A DNA stretch of 64,000 nt from Octopus vulgaris (Eukaryota): the NCBI GenBank assembly GCA_951406725.2, contig OX597821.1, positions 103,168,001 through 103,232,000 of the forward strand. The letters run 5' to 3'. The stretch's first letter is position 1. Each line of letters starts with the position of its first letter. Below, piece after piece: positions 1 through 14,400 of the stretch. Both the position numbers and the translations under genes were made by a program. The notes under the pieces were generated by a model. The model was not told where the DNA came from, searched no databases, and saw only the letters and a program-made list of their open reading frames with translations.

Positions 1-55
1 TATATACATATATATACATATAAATCACAGAAGACGAAGAAAAACAGCAACAACA

Positions 56-280
56 ATGATAACCATAGTAATAATAACAATAACAACAACGATAATAATG
101 ATAATAATAATAATAATAATAATGACAATAATAATATTGATAATTATGATAACAATAACAACAACAACAATAATAATAATAATAATAATAATAATAGTAA
201 TAATAATGATAATAATAATAACAATAACAACAATAATAATAATGATAATAATAATAGTAATAATAATGATAATAATAATA

Positions 281-325
<45 letters not shown>

Positions 326-501
326 GTAATAATAATAATAATAATGATAACGACAGCAAATAACAACACCAATAATGATAGTATTAATAATAATAATAAT
401 AACAATGAAAATGATTATAGTAACTATTATGGTGATAATAAAAAATAGTATTGATTATAACAATAATAACAATACTCATGATGATGATGATGATGATGAT
501 T

Positions 502-532
<31 letters not shown>

Positions 533-610
533 CAATAAAAACAAAAGAGCAAGTACTGAAACAGGAAGCTGCAAAACAGCAAACATCAAAATAACCGGAA
601 AACCAGCGTT

Positions 611-694
<84 letters not shown>

Positions 695-1985
695 CTATTA
701 ACTGTATCAGCAACAATATGAACAACAAACGCCAAGAACTGTATTATCGTAAACAAAAGCATCAACAGCAACAACATTAATGGTAACAACAACAGCAACA
801 ACCGTAGCAAGCACCGATATCCTCCTCCTCTTCATCATCATCATCCTCGTCGTCGTCGTTGTCGTCGTCATCATCATCGCTATCATCATGGTCATCATCA
901 CCATCATCATCATCATCATCGTCATCGTCATCATTAACATCGACGTCGTCGTCGTCGTCGTCATCATCGTCATCATTACCTCACCATCATCATCATCATC
1001 ATAATCATTATCGTCATCACCACCATCATCATCATCATTAGCATCATCGTCGACGTCGTCGTCATTATCATCATCATCATCATCATAATCCTCATCATTA
1101 TCATAATAATCATCATCATTAACACCATCATCATCATTATCATCACCGCCACCATCGTCATCATATCATCATCACCATCGTTATCATCATCATCATCATT
1201 ATGATCATCATAACCATCATCATCATCACTATCCTCATCGACAAGAATAAGAACATTATTAGCATAATGCGTAAGAACTACTATTACTAACAAGAACAAC
1301 AACATTATCTGCAACAAACAAAAGAAAACAAGATAAAAAACAAATAATGTGAATGAAAAACTACAAAAAGACCCCCTCCCCAAACCCCCACCCCTGATGA
1401 GCAACATTATCAGAAACGAAACCATCGCTATCAGCAACAACAACATCAACACTAACTACAATGATACGGAAAACGGTACAATAGCATCGTCATCCTCATA
1501 ATCGACTATAGCAAGAGCATGAACATCATTCGTATCAGCAAGAGCGACATCAACATCATCGTAGCACTCATCACCGCCACCACCTCCTCAACCATCACAA
1601 CTGCAACCATCACCACGATCACCACGATCATCAGGATCAACACCACCACCTCAAGTACCACAGCCACCATCACCACCACCACCACCACCACCACTACCAC
1701 CACCACCATCATCATCATCATCACCACCACCATCACTACCACCACCGTCAGCAACCACCACCACCACTATCACCACCAGCACCATCATCATCACCACCAC
1801 CACCACCATCATCACCACCACCACCATCACCACGATCACCACTACCAATATCATCACCACCACCACCACCACCACCACCGTCATCATCAGCACCACCACC
1901 ACCATCACCACCACCATCACCATCATCACCATTACCATCATCAGGAGCCGCAGCAGCAGCAGCAGACCCACCACCACCACCATCA
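56..1985. repeat. Compound trinucleotide low-complexity tract: (TAA)n, (GAT)n, (CAA)n, (CAT/CGT)n, (CAC)n
   Basis: Directly visible successive imperfect trinucleotide runs; pure (CAA)n at ~611-693. Confidence 0.95.
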
Positions 1986-2225
1986 AAGGTGAACGATAGA
2001 ATAACTAACAGGTTTTCCAAAATTAATTACTGGGGTCGATTCATTCGACCAATAATTCTTCAAAGCAGTGCTCCAGCATGGCCACAGTCTAATGAGTGAA
2101 CCAAGTAACAGATAAACGATAGCATGATTCTTACGGAAGTGTTCATCAATAAGTTTAATAGATTTTTGCATTTAATAGATTTGTTCGGTATAAAGTTATT
2201 TAGATATTTTAGTAAATAGATCATA

Positions 2226-2641
2226 GGCACAGGAGTGGCTGTGTGGTAAGTAGCTTGCTTACCAACCACATGGTTCCGGTTTCAGTCCCACTGCATGGCA
2301 CCTTGGGCAAGTGTCTTCTACTATAGCCTCGGGCATACCAAAGCCTTGTGAGTGGATTTGGTAGACGGAAACTGAAAGAAGCCGTCGTATATATGTTATA
2401 TATATGCATGTGTGTGTATGCATTTATGTGTCTGTGTTTTTCCGCCTACCATCGCTTAACATCGATGCTGGTGTGTTTACGTCCCCGTAACTTAGCGGTT
2501 CGGCAAAATAGACCGATAGAATAAGTACTAGGCTTACAAAGAATAAGTCCTGGGGTCGATTTGCTCGACCAAAAAAAAAAAAAGGCGGTGCTCCAGCATG
2601 GCCGCAGTCAAATGACTGAAACAAGTAAAAGAGTAAGAGTA
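2226..2641 (+). mobile_element. SINE family A, full length (tRNA-like head, internal TA/TG microsatellite, GAGTAAA-type tail)
   Basis: A-box-like TGGCTGTGTGG and B-box-like GGTTTCAGTCCC, CCTTGGGCAAGTGTC block, tail ending GAAACAAGTAAAAGAGTAAGAGT; more than 10 related copies in the window. Extra tail fragments at ~1990-2115 and ~2690-2880. Confidence 0.9.
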
Positions 2642-2915
2642 GATAGGGATCGATGAAATAAAGTGCCACGCATGTACTGGGTTTGTCCACCACGCCATCC
2701 CTTGACAACCTGTGTTGGTGCGTTTACGTTCCCGTAAATTAGCGGTTTGGCAAATAAGTTCGATAGAATAAGTGCCAGGCTTCCAAAGAAAAAATCCTGG
2801 TGTCGGTTTGTTGGACTAAAGACGGTGCTCCAGCATAGCCGCAGCCAAATGACTGAAACAAGTAAAAGAATAAAAGTGTATATCAGAACAGCAGACGTCA
2901 TACTGACCCGTAATA

Positions 2916-3205
2916 CGCACTCCGTCGGTTGCGACGACGACAAGGGTTCCAGTAGATCCGATCAACGGAAGAGCCTGCTCGTGAAATTAACATACAAGTG
3001 GCTGAGCACTCCACAGACACGTGTACCCTTAACGTAGTTCTCGGGGAGAGTCAACATGACACAGAGTTTGTCAAGGCTAGCCCTTTGAAATACAGGGTCT
3101 ACAGAAACAGGAAGAAAGAGTGAGAGAAAAACGTGGTGAAAGAGTACTGCAGGGTTCGCCATCAGTCCCCGCTGGAGCCTCATGGAGCTTTAGGTGTTTC
3201 CGCTT
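2916..3205 (-). mobile_element. Chimeric SINE: family D body joined to family C tail
   Basis: 2916-3100 matches the C tail at 8174-8350; 3105-3205 matches the D body at 60100-60190. Confidence 0.75.
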
Positions 3206-3422
3206 ATCTCCGTAACTATAAAAGTTATTAAATGCAAAAATGCCGCTACTTCTACCGCGCCATGTATATGGTTTATTATTTGATTAATGGCATCTGTGTT
3301 GAAATACATATACTTTATTTTACAACGAAACATTTGGCAATGCATCCAGATTTTCATCTCGTCTATACCTTGTTTAATACGCGCACGCACGAGTACACAT
3401 GTATATACATATATACACATAT

Positions 3423-3640
3423 AAGGCGGCGAGCTGGTAGAAACGTTAGCACGCCGGGCGAAATTCGTCTGTCGTTACGTTCCGAGTTCAAATTCCGCCG
3501 AGGTCGACTTTGCCTTTTATCCTTTCGGGGTCGATAAATTAAGTACTAGTTACGCACTGGGGTCGATGTAGTCGACTTAATCCCTTTGTCTGTCCTTATT
3601 TGTCCCCTCTGTGTTTAGCCCCTTGTGGGTAGTAAAGAAA
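3423..3640 (+). mobile_element. SINE family B with TSD
   Basis: GGCGGCGAGCTGG head, GAGTTCAAATTCC B-box, GCCTTT(C/T)ATCCTTTCGGGGTCGAT..AAGTAC central block (resembles Meta/Sauria-type SINE domain, from memory); flanked by ATATACACATATA repeats. Confidence 0.9.
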
Positions 3641-3664
3641 TATATATACACATATACCGACAAT

Positions 3665-3950
3665 CCGCTGAGGATTCTAGTTGATTCGATTGACGGAACG
3701 ACTTCCTCGTGAAATTAACGTGGAAGTGGCTGAGCACTCCACAGCCTGGCGTAATCGTAACATCAAGGAGATTCAGCGTCACAGGGAGTGTGACAAGGCT
3801 GGCCCTTTGAAAAACGGGTACTACTCATTTTTGCCAGCTGAGTGGGTGGAGCAACGTGAAATAAAGTGTCTTGCTCAAGGACAACGCATTGCCAGGAATT
3901 GAATTACGACCTTACGATTGAGAGCCGAATACCCCTTAGCCATGTGCCTT
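3665..3950 (-). mobile_element. SINE family C, degenerate
   Basis: Colinear with 8174-8497; contains reverse complement of GTCCTTGAGCAAGACACTTT. Confidence 0.8.
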
Positions 3951-4322
3951 TTATACACATGTACACATTAGATGTATTTAGATTTGTCCTGAGGCCCAGT
4001 GCTAGAGTTCCACACGGATCTTATAGCGTGAAAGTAGCTGAGATTATAACTCTCTCTGGTCCTTCGCAAACTATTGGTGGAACTCATTTTACAGCTGAGT
4101 GAACTGAAGCAACGAGAAATGAAATGTCTTGCTCAAGAGCGCAATATACTTCCCAGGCCGCCAAGAATTTTTTCTGCAAAATAGGGGTAGCTTATCCTGT
4201 TCAGGCTATAATATTATTAGCATTATCCTGCGTTTGAGAATTTAAAATCACTTCTTTAACATTCTAAGACATCTCAACGCTTCTAAAGCAAACTTCGTTC
4301 GTTTGTTTATGTTCAGCATAAT

Positions 4323-4369
<47 letters not shown>

Positions 4370-4382
4370 CAGATAGATATAT

Positions 4383-4805
4383 TCTTTTACTTGTTTCAGG
4401 CATTTGACTGCGCCCATGCTGGACCACCACCTTTAGTCGGCCAAATCGACCCCAGAGCATATTCTTTGTAAGCCTAGCACTTATTCTATCGGGCTCTTTC
4501 GCAGAACCGCTAAGTTACAGGGACGTAAACACTCCACCATCGGTTGTCAAGCGATGTTGGGGGGACAAACAAAGACACACAAACATACACACACACACAT
4601 AGACACACACACATACACACGCACACACACACACACACACACATACATGTACGGCGGGCCTCTTCCGTCTACCAAATCCACTTACAAGGCTTTGGTCGGC
4701 TCGAGGCTATAGTAGAAGACACTTGCCCAAGGTGCCACGCAGTGGGGCAGAACCCAGGACTACGTGGTTGGTAAACAAGCTACTTATCATGCAGTCACTC
4801 CTGCG
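4383..4805 (-). mobile_element. SINE family A
   Basis: Reverse complement of 2226-2641 with expanded internal (CA)n. Confidence 0.9.
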
Positions 4806-5255
4806 GGTTTGGCAATATCATACATTCTCTCAGCCATGAATTACAGTCGATTTGCAGTTGTTCATAATAATCATGATGGAAAGTTTAAAATTTTCAAGAT
4901 TTTTCCCTCTCACATAAAAGTACAAATAGTAGCATTGAAAATATAGATCAAAACAAGGTCATGTACTTAAGTCTGTGGCTCTTACTTTCTTATAAGTTTT
5001 CGCGTAAAAGAAATTCAAAACAAAACAATAACAACAAAACAATAACAACAAAAACAACAACAACTGAAACACGTGACTTCTACTTATCGTCTTCTTTTGA
5101 AACGCTATAAACATACATCTTGACTAAAATGAAAGACACAAATTAGAAAAACTCTAGAAATTCAAATACAAAAAAGATCCTCAAAGCACAGACAACATGC
5201 ATATATATATATATGTATGGATATATCTATATCTATATATATCTATATCTATATA

Positions 5256-5303
<48 letters not shown>

Positions 5304-5821
5304 CCTCTCTCTCTCTATATATATATATGTATGTATATATATAAATATAAATATGTATATATATATGTCTGCATGTATGTATGTCTGTATAAATTCAATC
5401 TCCTGTTGTCTTTCTCTGCATTTTTTCCCCCAATTTCAATTCAGATATTTATAAATAATTTTCTGATTATTTTTTTCTAATATATATATATATATATATC
5501 TACACAAACATATACAGACACACTGACACATATGTATGTATTTTCCATTATTATTTATAAAATATCGGTATTTTCTCTATGCCTGCTTATTGTCAAGTTC
5601 AGTGGGCTTTCATCAAACAATTCTTAGAAATCATAGATTTTTATCATTTCACTTCAGACCAAATTAATTGTGTCGGAAATGACGATATCAAAGGAATTCT
5701 AGGTTTTACTTAAAAGAAACTTTTATAGCATTGTGGATGTTGTTAATGCTGTGTATGAGGTTAGTCTTGGCATTGTTATCAATGCTGAGAATATTATTGG
5801 ATTTTATTAGTATTGTTAAGG

Positions 5822-6118
5822 AGGCGGAGAGCTGGCAGAATCGTTAGCACGCCGGGCAAAAAGTTTTGCGGTATTTCGTCTGTCATTACGTTCTGAGTTC
5901 AAATTCCGCCGAGGTCGACTTTGCCTTTCATCCTTTCGGGGTCGATTAAATAAGTACCAGTTACGCACTTAGGTCGATATAATCGACTTGATCCGTTTGT
6001 CTGTCCTTGTTTGTCCACTCTGTGTTTAACCCCTTGTGGGTAGTAAAAAAAATGGGTATTACGTCTGCAACTGCATTCTGAGTTCAAATTCCACCGAGGT
6101 CGATTTCGTCTTTTCGGG
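5822..6118 (+). mobile_element. SINE family B (monomer plus start of second unit)
   Basis: Matches 3423-3640, then restarts at GGTATT.CGTCTG. Confidence 0.9.
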
Positions 6119-6135
6119 GCGGGGCTCTCCTTTAG

Positions 6136-6517
6136 TTTTACTTGTTTCAGTCATTTGACTGCGGCCATGCTGGAGTACTGCCTTTTTTGTTAGTCGAGCA
6201 AATCGACCCCAGGACTTATTCTTTGGAACCGCTAAGTTACGGGGACGTAAACACACAAGCATTGGTTTTTCAAGCAATGTTGGGGTGGGGGTGGGGCAAA
6301 CACAGACATACAAACATATACACACACATTCATACATACATACATATATATATACGACGGGCTTCTTTCAGTTTCCGTCTACTAAATCCACTCACAAGGA
6401 TTTGGTCGGCTTGAGGCTATAGTAGAAGACACTTGCTCAAGGTGCCACGCAGTGGGACTGAACCAAGTACCATGTGGTTGGTAAACAAGCTACTTACCAC
6501 ACAGCCACTCCTGCGTC
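6136..6517 (-). mobile_element. SINE family A
   Basis: Reverse complement of family A with a small internal deletion. Confidence 0.9.
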
Positions 6518-6929
6518 TATGTGTGACGCTTACAGCACCTAGGTTTCCCAAGCGGTCGAAATAAGTATCAGTTAAGCACTGGCGTTGATGTAATCGACCA
6601 GCCCTTTCCCTATAAGATTTTCAAAGCCTTGAGCTTAAGGTAGAAATAATTATTAACGCTATTAAATGAATATTGTTAGAGTCGTAAACGTTGCTGTTAT
6701 CTTTGATATTGCTGATGTTGTTAGTGCAGTTAATATTAGTTCCAAATTTTGGCACAAGGCCAGCAGTTTTGAGGGAGACGGGTAAGTCGTCCGCGGCGAA
6801 ATTTGAACTCTTAACGTAGCGACAGGCGAAATACAGCTTAGCATTTCCTCCAGCGCGCTAACGATTCAACCACCTCATCGCCTTAATAATAATAATAATG
6901 ATAATAATAATAATAATAATAATAATATA

Positions 6930-6990
<61 letters not shown>

Positions 6991-6994
<4 letters not shown>

Positions 6995-7301
6995 CACAGA
7001 TTTGCTTGTCAGTTGTTTGACCGTAACCAGTTGAGCATGTCCCTTAGTGGCTGACGATATGTGCATCTGATCACGAGCAGAAGTAGTGGAGGAGCACCAT
7101 AGCCATGTGTTAAGAGGGGTTCTTTGGGGCTTGGATAATTCATCTCTGGAAACATGGGTGTTTCGTCCAACATCCTTAAACAATCCTTATTCAGGGACCT
7201 TTTGCGCGGGATGGGTTACTCGACCAGAAGAAAATTCTAACTGGCCCCCCCCCTGCAAGTTCATGTGCTGTTTATCTTGATATGAGATCACCATCTCGCA
7301 C
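6991..7301 (+). mobile_element. Unclassified (TAA)n-associated interspersed repeat (copy 1 of 3)
   Basis: Colinear with 23560-23850 and 42406-42568; starts immediately after a (TAA)n tract. Confidence 0.75.
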
Positions 7302-7305
7302 CTTG

Positions 7306-7525
7306 GGCGGCGAGCTGGCAGAATCGGTACCGTGCTCAGTAAAATGCTTAGCGGCATTTCAGCCATCTGTATGATCTGAGTTCAAATTTCACCGTGGTCG
7401 ACATTGCATTTCTTCCTTTCGGGATCGATAAAATAAGTACCAGCTGAGCAACAGAGTTGATGCAAGCGATTTGAACCCCTACCCCGCCCAAACTTGCTGG
7501 CCTTGTGCCAAAATTTGAAATCGAT
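7306..7525 (+). mobile_element. SINE family B, older copy with GGCCTTGTGCC-type tail
   Basis: GGCGGCGAGCTGGCAGAA head and central block. Confidence 0.85.
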
Positions 7526-8173
7526 ATTGCGACGTTGTTAGAGTCGTTAAATATTCTTAGCGTTGTTAAGTGTTGTTAGTATTGTTTATGTTGAGAGTTT
7601 TGCTAATTTCTTTTGTCTTTTTAGTGTTATTACTATTTGTGTCATCAGCGCAGCTAACGTTGTGAATGTTGCGAATGTCGTACGTGCTGCTGGTATTGCT
7701 AATGGCGCTATTACAGCTGTTGATGTTCTTACAATTGCTAACTCAGTTAATTTTGTTAATGTTGTCACTGCTTTTGATGTCGGTTTTGTTGCCATGCCAG
7801 TGTTGCTAATGCTGCTAATGTTATCAATGTTGTTAACGATGTCACTATTGGAAAACGTTTGCAAAACTACTAATTTCCCTTTCGGTTGTGTTGTTGTTTG
7901 TGTTGATAATGTTAGTCTTCTTAACATTGTTATACTGCTCCTGGTGTCGCTAGCGTTATGATGTTGCGAATATTGTTAAAGCTATTAATATTGTTAGCAT
8001 TATCAATATTAAAGTTATTAATACTTCTCATGGCTCAGAAAGATTGGTACAAATGTAAAGATTGAACAACGACAAAAATCATCACTGGATGAGACGGCAG
8101 GCATTCTCTAAACTAAAACTGAGCAATCAGCTACTATTGTGACTCAAATGATTGGTACAAATGTAAAGATTAG

Positions 8174-8497
8174 GAGCACTCCGTCGATTACTACGACGAG
8201 GGTCCCAGCTGATACGATCAACGGAACAGCCTGCTCATGAAATTAACGTGCAAGTGACTGAGCAATCCACAGACACGCGTACCCATAACGTAGTTATTAG
8301 GGAGATTCAGCGTGACACAAAGTGTGACAAGGCCGGCCCTTTGAAATGCAGGTACAACTCACTTTTGCCAGCTGAGTGGACTGGAGCAACGTGAAATCAA
8401 GTGTCTTGCTCAAGGACTCAACGCGTCGCCGGAGATCGAACTCACGACCTTACAATCGCGAACCGAATGCCCTAACCACTAAGCCACGCACCTTCAC
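8174..8497 (-). mobile_element. SINE family C, full length, with TSD
   Basis: Reverse strand begins GTGAAGGTGCGTGGCTTAGTGGTTAGGGCATTCGG...GAGTTCGATCTCC (A and B boxes); ACAAATGTAAAGAT repeated on both sides. Confidence 0.9.
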
Positions 8498-8659
8498 AAA
8501 TGTAAAGATAGAACAACTACAAAAGTCATCATCGCTTGGAACTGCAAGAGCCTTGAACTATGATCAATAGAGAATTGCCCGTCTTAGTATTCTGGCTGAG
8601 GACAACTGTCGATTTCTATCATACCCAGCAAAATAAGCTGAGAGCTTTATCTAATAAGC

Positions 8660-8797
8660 TCAGGAGTGGCTATGTGGTAAGTAGCTTGCTTACCAACCAC
8701 ATGGTTCCGAGTTCAGTCCCACTGCGTGGCACCTTCTACTATAGCCTCATGAGTGGATTTAGTAGACGGAAACTGAAAGAAGCCCGTCGTATATATG

Positions 8798-8828
<31 letters not shown>

Positions 8829-9050
8829 ATATGTTTGTGTATCTGTGTTTGTCCCACCCCCAACATCGCTTGAGAACCGATGCTGGTGTGTTTACATCCC
8901 CGTAACTTAGCGGTTCGGCAAAAGAGCCGATAGAATAAGTACTAGGCTTACAAAGAATAAGTCCTGGGGTCGATTTGCTCGACTAAAGCCAGTGCTCCAG
9001 CATGGCCACAGTCAAATGACTGAAGCAAGTAAAAGAGTAAAGAGTAAGAG
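8660..9050 (+). mobile_element. SINE family A with internal deletions
   Basis: Colinear with 40646-41055. Confidence 0.9.
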
Positions 9051-9404
9051 TAATAGTAATAATAATGATTTTCTTTGTTTGTCACAGGGACATAGACGAG
9101 GTTGTGTTTGCATAAAAGATGAGGAGAAATAAATGCAAAACAGCAGTGAAATGCGAAAAAGGATGTCTAGTATATGAAGCATATGCAAACATGAATGAGG
9201 CAATTCCCTGATACAGGAGATGCTCCAATTAGAGCCAACCAAGGAACTCCACAGAACCAGGATTATCCCATCCACCAAAAGTACGAGACCTCGTCCAACT
9301 CTTGTTCTCTAATCTACAGGTGCATGTTTAGACAAAAGTCCTTTCACCCTAACCATGCAGTAAACTGTAGAAAACCTCCGTTTTTTTTTTTTACAAATTC
9401 ACTG

Positions 9405-9504
<100 letters not shown>

Positions 9505-9850
9505 ATATTTCCCGCTTTGCCCTCACTTTTCGTTCCGATTGGAACTTAAGACACAATGCTTCATATTTAGTCAATTTCAAATACGCCAGTTTTAATTAGT
9601 TCCTATTTTGTTAACTCTGCATGTGTGAAGGTAAAATGTTGGGTAGGAATGATGCGAACTTATTATTTAAAGAGCGCCCTCTACGTACGGCATTACATTT
9701 CCCCCTGACATTGTTAATTTAGTAAAATAATTTTTATAAGACATTAAGATCATGCGCAGACACACACAGTCACGCACACATGTATATATACAGACGCACA
9801 CAGACAAATATATTACCCCTATCAGCTTCTTGTAATCTTGTAATTAATTA

Positions 9851-9922
<72 letters not shown>

Positions 9923-10009
9923 AAATATAAATGCCTCTATACTAACATAAATATGTACTTATATTTATAGATTATATATTTATATACGCAAGCACGCATA
10001 TGTATGCAT

Positions 10010-10061
<52 letters not shown>

Positions 10062-10105
10062 GTATATATATATGTATGCATATAATATATATATATATAT
10101 ATATA

Positions 10106-10141
<36 letters not shown>

Positions 10142-10519
10142 CATATATATATATGTATATGCACTTACCCACACACAAGTACATTTGCAAACTATAATAC
10201 GTATATGAAAAGAAAAGACAACACACACAAAAAACAAAACAAAAAACAAAACAAAGAGTATGGTCACATACACTCAAATATACACACGTACATATGTATA
10301 CACAGAGAAAACATTAATATTCTCGGTAGAAACAACATTAGCAGACATTAGAAAATGTATTGATACCAAGCATTCAATAGAAAAGGATATTAGATTTTAC
10401 CTCTTTATGTATGTTAGTCCGTATTTTATCCTTGGTTTTCGAGTTTTCTTTTACTGTTTTCCTGATTTTGTGTTTTCTCTTATAGATAGCGGACCGTTTT
10501 TATTCGGATGTTTTTTATG

Positions 10520-10558
<39 letters not shown>

Positions 10559-10927
10559 ACATACATAATATGTAATTATATATATGTATATATACATATA
10601 TGTATATATATAATATACATGTGTATAATAATATGTATATATATACGTACATACGCGCACTCACGCATATGTATATATAAATATGAGATGTAGAATGTAT
10701 GGTATATATTACGGATGTATAATAACTACATTTAGTAATTGAATAAGGCAGATAAATAATATTTTACATTTCTGATACGATTCTATTAGGTACATACACT
10801 GATACACATACGTATATATGTGTGTGTGTATGTATGTATGTATGTATGTATGTATGTATGTATGTATGTATGTATGTATGTATGTATGTGTGTGTGTGTA
10901 TATATATATATATGCACGTATGTATGA

Positions 10928-10958
<31 letters not shown>

Positions 10959-11321
10959 TGTATGTATGTATGTATGTATGTACGTATGTATGTATGTATG
11001 TATATGTGCATGTCAGGATGGATGGATGAAATGTATTCGAGGATGTATGTAAGTATACATATGTATATATGAGTGTGTGTGTATGTATGTGCGCGTATGT
11101 GCGTATGTGTGCATGTATGTGCATGTATGTGGCTCTATGTATACCTACGTGCATGCATGTCTCTACGTATGTGCATATGTTTATATGCATACTTATTAAT
11201 GTCAGCATTAGTGTTTGCATATGCATACATACACACATACATATCTATATATACATATATCTATACTTATACACACACACATATATATACATATATGTAT
11301 ACATATGTATACATACATATT

Positions 11322-11730
11322 CTTTTATTCTTTTATTCTTTTACTTGTTTGAGTCTATTTGACTGTGGCCATGCTGGAGCACCGCCTTTTAGTCGAAAAA
11401 ATCGACCACGGGACTGATTCTTTGTAAGCCTAGTACTTATTCTATCGGTCTCTTTGCCGAACCTCTAGGTTACGGAGACGTAAACACACCAGCATCGTTT
11501 GGCGGCGGGTGGGGGGCAAACACAGACACACAAAAAGATGCATACATATATATATATATATATATTATACGACGGGCTTCTTTCAGTTTGCGTCTATCAA
11601 ATCCACTCATAAGGCTTTGATCGGCCCGAGGCTATAGTAGCAGACACTCGCACAATGTGCCGCGGTGGGACTAAACTCAGAACTTTGTGGTTGGGAAGCA
11701 AGCTTCGTATCACACAACCTTCCCTCGCCG
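11322..11730 (-). mobile_element. SINE family A
   Basis: Reverse complement of family A. Confidence 0.85.
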
Positions 11731-12816
11731 ACATATATATATATATATATATATATATACTCACACATATATATATATATATATATGATTATTTCTTTAT
11801 ATTTTATTTTTTTAATTCATTTATACGTGTACACATATTCTTGTGTATATGCATATATATCCAGTCAAATGTATATAAATCCCTTAATCTTTCTATGTGA
11901 TATGTATATCTACACACACACACACACCCACATAGACACATGCACACACACAAATACACATAAAATTATTTGCACCGCCGCCCCCACAAACATATAAAAA
12001 AGAGAAACCATCGTCAGCTGAAAGATTCGTTAGACGTCGCTTTTCAAATAATGAACCGAAAGGTAAAGACACTACGCAATACAAGCACAAAAAAAAGGTT
12101 AGAAGGCCGTAATGTGGTCACATTTAGTTACCATTGTAGAGCGTAAGAGAGCCGGAAAAAAAAGGAGAAAATCCAATAAATATCTGTGGTCAGAATTAAA
12201 TCTACGAAGAAGAGTTATAAGATGAAATTAACTGAAATATAACTTAACGGCAGTTACAGATATTGTGTCAATACATAAAGAGCTGGGTGATCATGCGTGT
12301 TTAAAATGGCTACAGTGAATATTATGAGATGCAGGTTAAATAAGCTATAACTACTATCTTTATGTACAAGTGATATGCACTCGTTTTTTCTTTACTTTTC
12401 TGTTTTTTTTTTGTTTTATATGTATAAATGTCATATCGTTATGTTTAAGTATTGTAGTTTTTAAAGGAACAGCGACCTCTGGTGGACTTCGAAGTATTTA
12501 ATTCCTGAATCTGTGCATTGTAGAGAGCCCTTTGTTCAATTAATATTTGCTTTTGTAAAGCTAAAGATACGCACATTTATACACATATATATATACACAC
12601 ATATACACACACATATATATATATGTATATATACACATGCACACACACAAGCACACACACATATATAGTATATATATATATATATACATATATGCATACA
12701 TGTACATGTTTATACATGCAAATATATATACATGCATATCTATGAATATATGTATATGTATGTATATTTCATATGCGTATATATTAAACGGACGTACATA
12801 CAAATACATACACGTA

Positions 12817-12894
<78 letters not shown>

Positions 12895-12996
12895 GCTAGC
12901 TAGCTATCTAGCTAGCTAGCTATCCGTCCATCGATCTAGCTATCCATCCATCCATCCGTCCATCCATCCATCCATCCATCCATCCATCCATCTATC

Positions 12997-13052
<56 letters not shown>

Positions 13053-13069
13053 GTCTGTCTGTCTGTCTG

Positions 13070-13146
<77 letters not shown>

Positions 13147-13171
13147 GTCTGTCTGTCTGTCTGTGTCTGTA

Positions 13172-13256
<85 letters not shown>

Positions 13257-13327
13257 CAATAAGGCAGAGAGGCAGAGAGGCAAAGAGTGGGAGAGAGAGA
13301 ACGAAGGAGAGAGAGGGAGAGAGAAAA

Positions 13328-13359
<32 letters not shown>

Positions 13360-13388
13360 GGAGAGAGAGGGAGAGAGAGAGTGGGAGC

Positions 13389-13428
<40 letters not shown>
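12817..13428. repeat. Compound (TATC)n/(TAGC)n/(CATC)n/(TGTC)n/(GA)n microsatellite
   Basis: Directly visible. Confidence 0.95.
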
Positions 13429-13431
<3 letters not shown>

Positions 13432-13848
13432 GCTTACACGCGCACGCGCTTATATTTATCCGCAGCTATTCTCAAGTTTCACTTTCCCATTGTATTTCTT
13501 TCTGAATTTGTAAAGATCTGCTTCCAGATCTACCACCACCAAAGTTGAGATGTCAAATAAAAGCGTTGTACGAAAAATATATATACACAAATACAAATAT
13601 AAAATACATACAGATATCCAACTTTTATATATACAAAAATATTTAAAAATATATTACATTATTGAACATCAGACCAAGCTATAAACGATCATTCTGGCGT
13701 AAACACCATAGTTTTCTAGGATTATTAATGTTATGTTTTGTTACCACGAAGTCATGACTTGCAAAGTTCATACATTAATGCAATGATTTATATATACTAG
13801 AAAAGTTAAAAATTCAAAGGTTAGAAGGGTTAACACTCCTAGTATTAT

Positions 13849-13909
<61 letters not shown>

Positions 13910-13925
13910 TATTATTATCATTATT

Positions 13926-14400
13926 AAGGCGTCTAGCTGTTAGAATCGTTAGCACGCCGGGGGAAATGCTTGTGGGTAGTAAAGAAATAGGTATTTCGTC
14001 TGCCGAGGCAGCGAGCTGGCAGAATCGTTAGCACGCCGGGTGAAATGCGTAGCCGTATTTCGTCTGCCGTTACGTTCTGAGTTCAAATCCCGCCGAGGTC
14101 CACTTTGGCTTTCATCTTTTCGGGGTCGATAAATTAAGTACCAGTTGAGAACTGGGGTCGATGTAATCGACTTAATCCGTTTGTCTGTCCTTGTTTGTCC
14201 TCTCTGTGTTTAGCCCGTTGTGGGTAGTAAAGAAATAGGTATTTCGTCTACCGCTACGTTCTGAGTTCGAATTCCGCCGAGGTCGACTTTGCCTTTCATC
14301 CTTTCAGGGTCGATAAATTAAGTACCAGTTGAGAACTGGGGTCGATGTAATCGACTAGCCCCCGCTCCCAAATGTCAGGCCTTGTACCTATGGTAGAAAG
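13926..14400 (+). mobile_element. SINE family B cluster (truncated unit plus dimer)
   Basis: Head fragment, full unit with tail 1, second headless unit with tail 2; followed by an inverted degenerate B copy at ~14410-14600. Confidence 0.9.

Noticed and set aside
1395-1430. CTGATGA...GAAA at 1395 (similar hits at ~51792 and ~49470 minus)
   Set aside because: No convincing helix I, II or III pairing; consistent with chance matches.
25-2020. Poly-I, poly-H, poly-Q and poly-T ORFs, including 1519-1992
   Set aside because: Trinucleotide repeats are open in several frames on both strands; no non-repetitive coding context or splice support.
7563-7961. Hydrophobic 132-aa ORF resembling a membrane protein
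   Set aside because: Decayed TGT/TGC/TAA trinucleotide low-complexity sequence.
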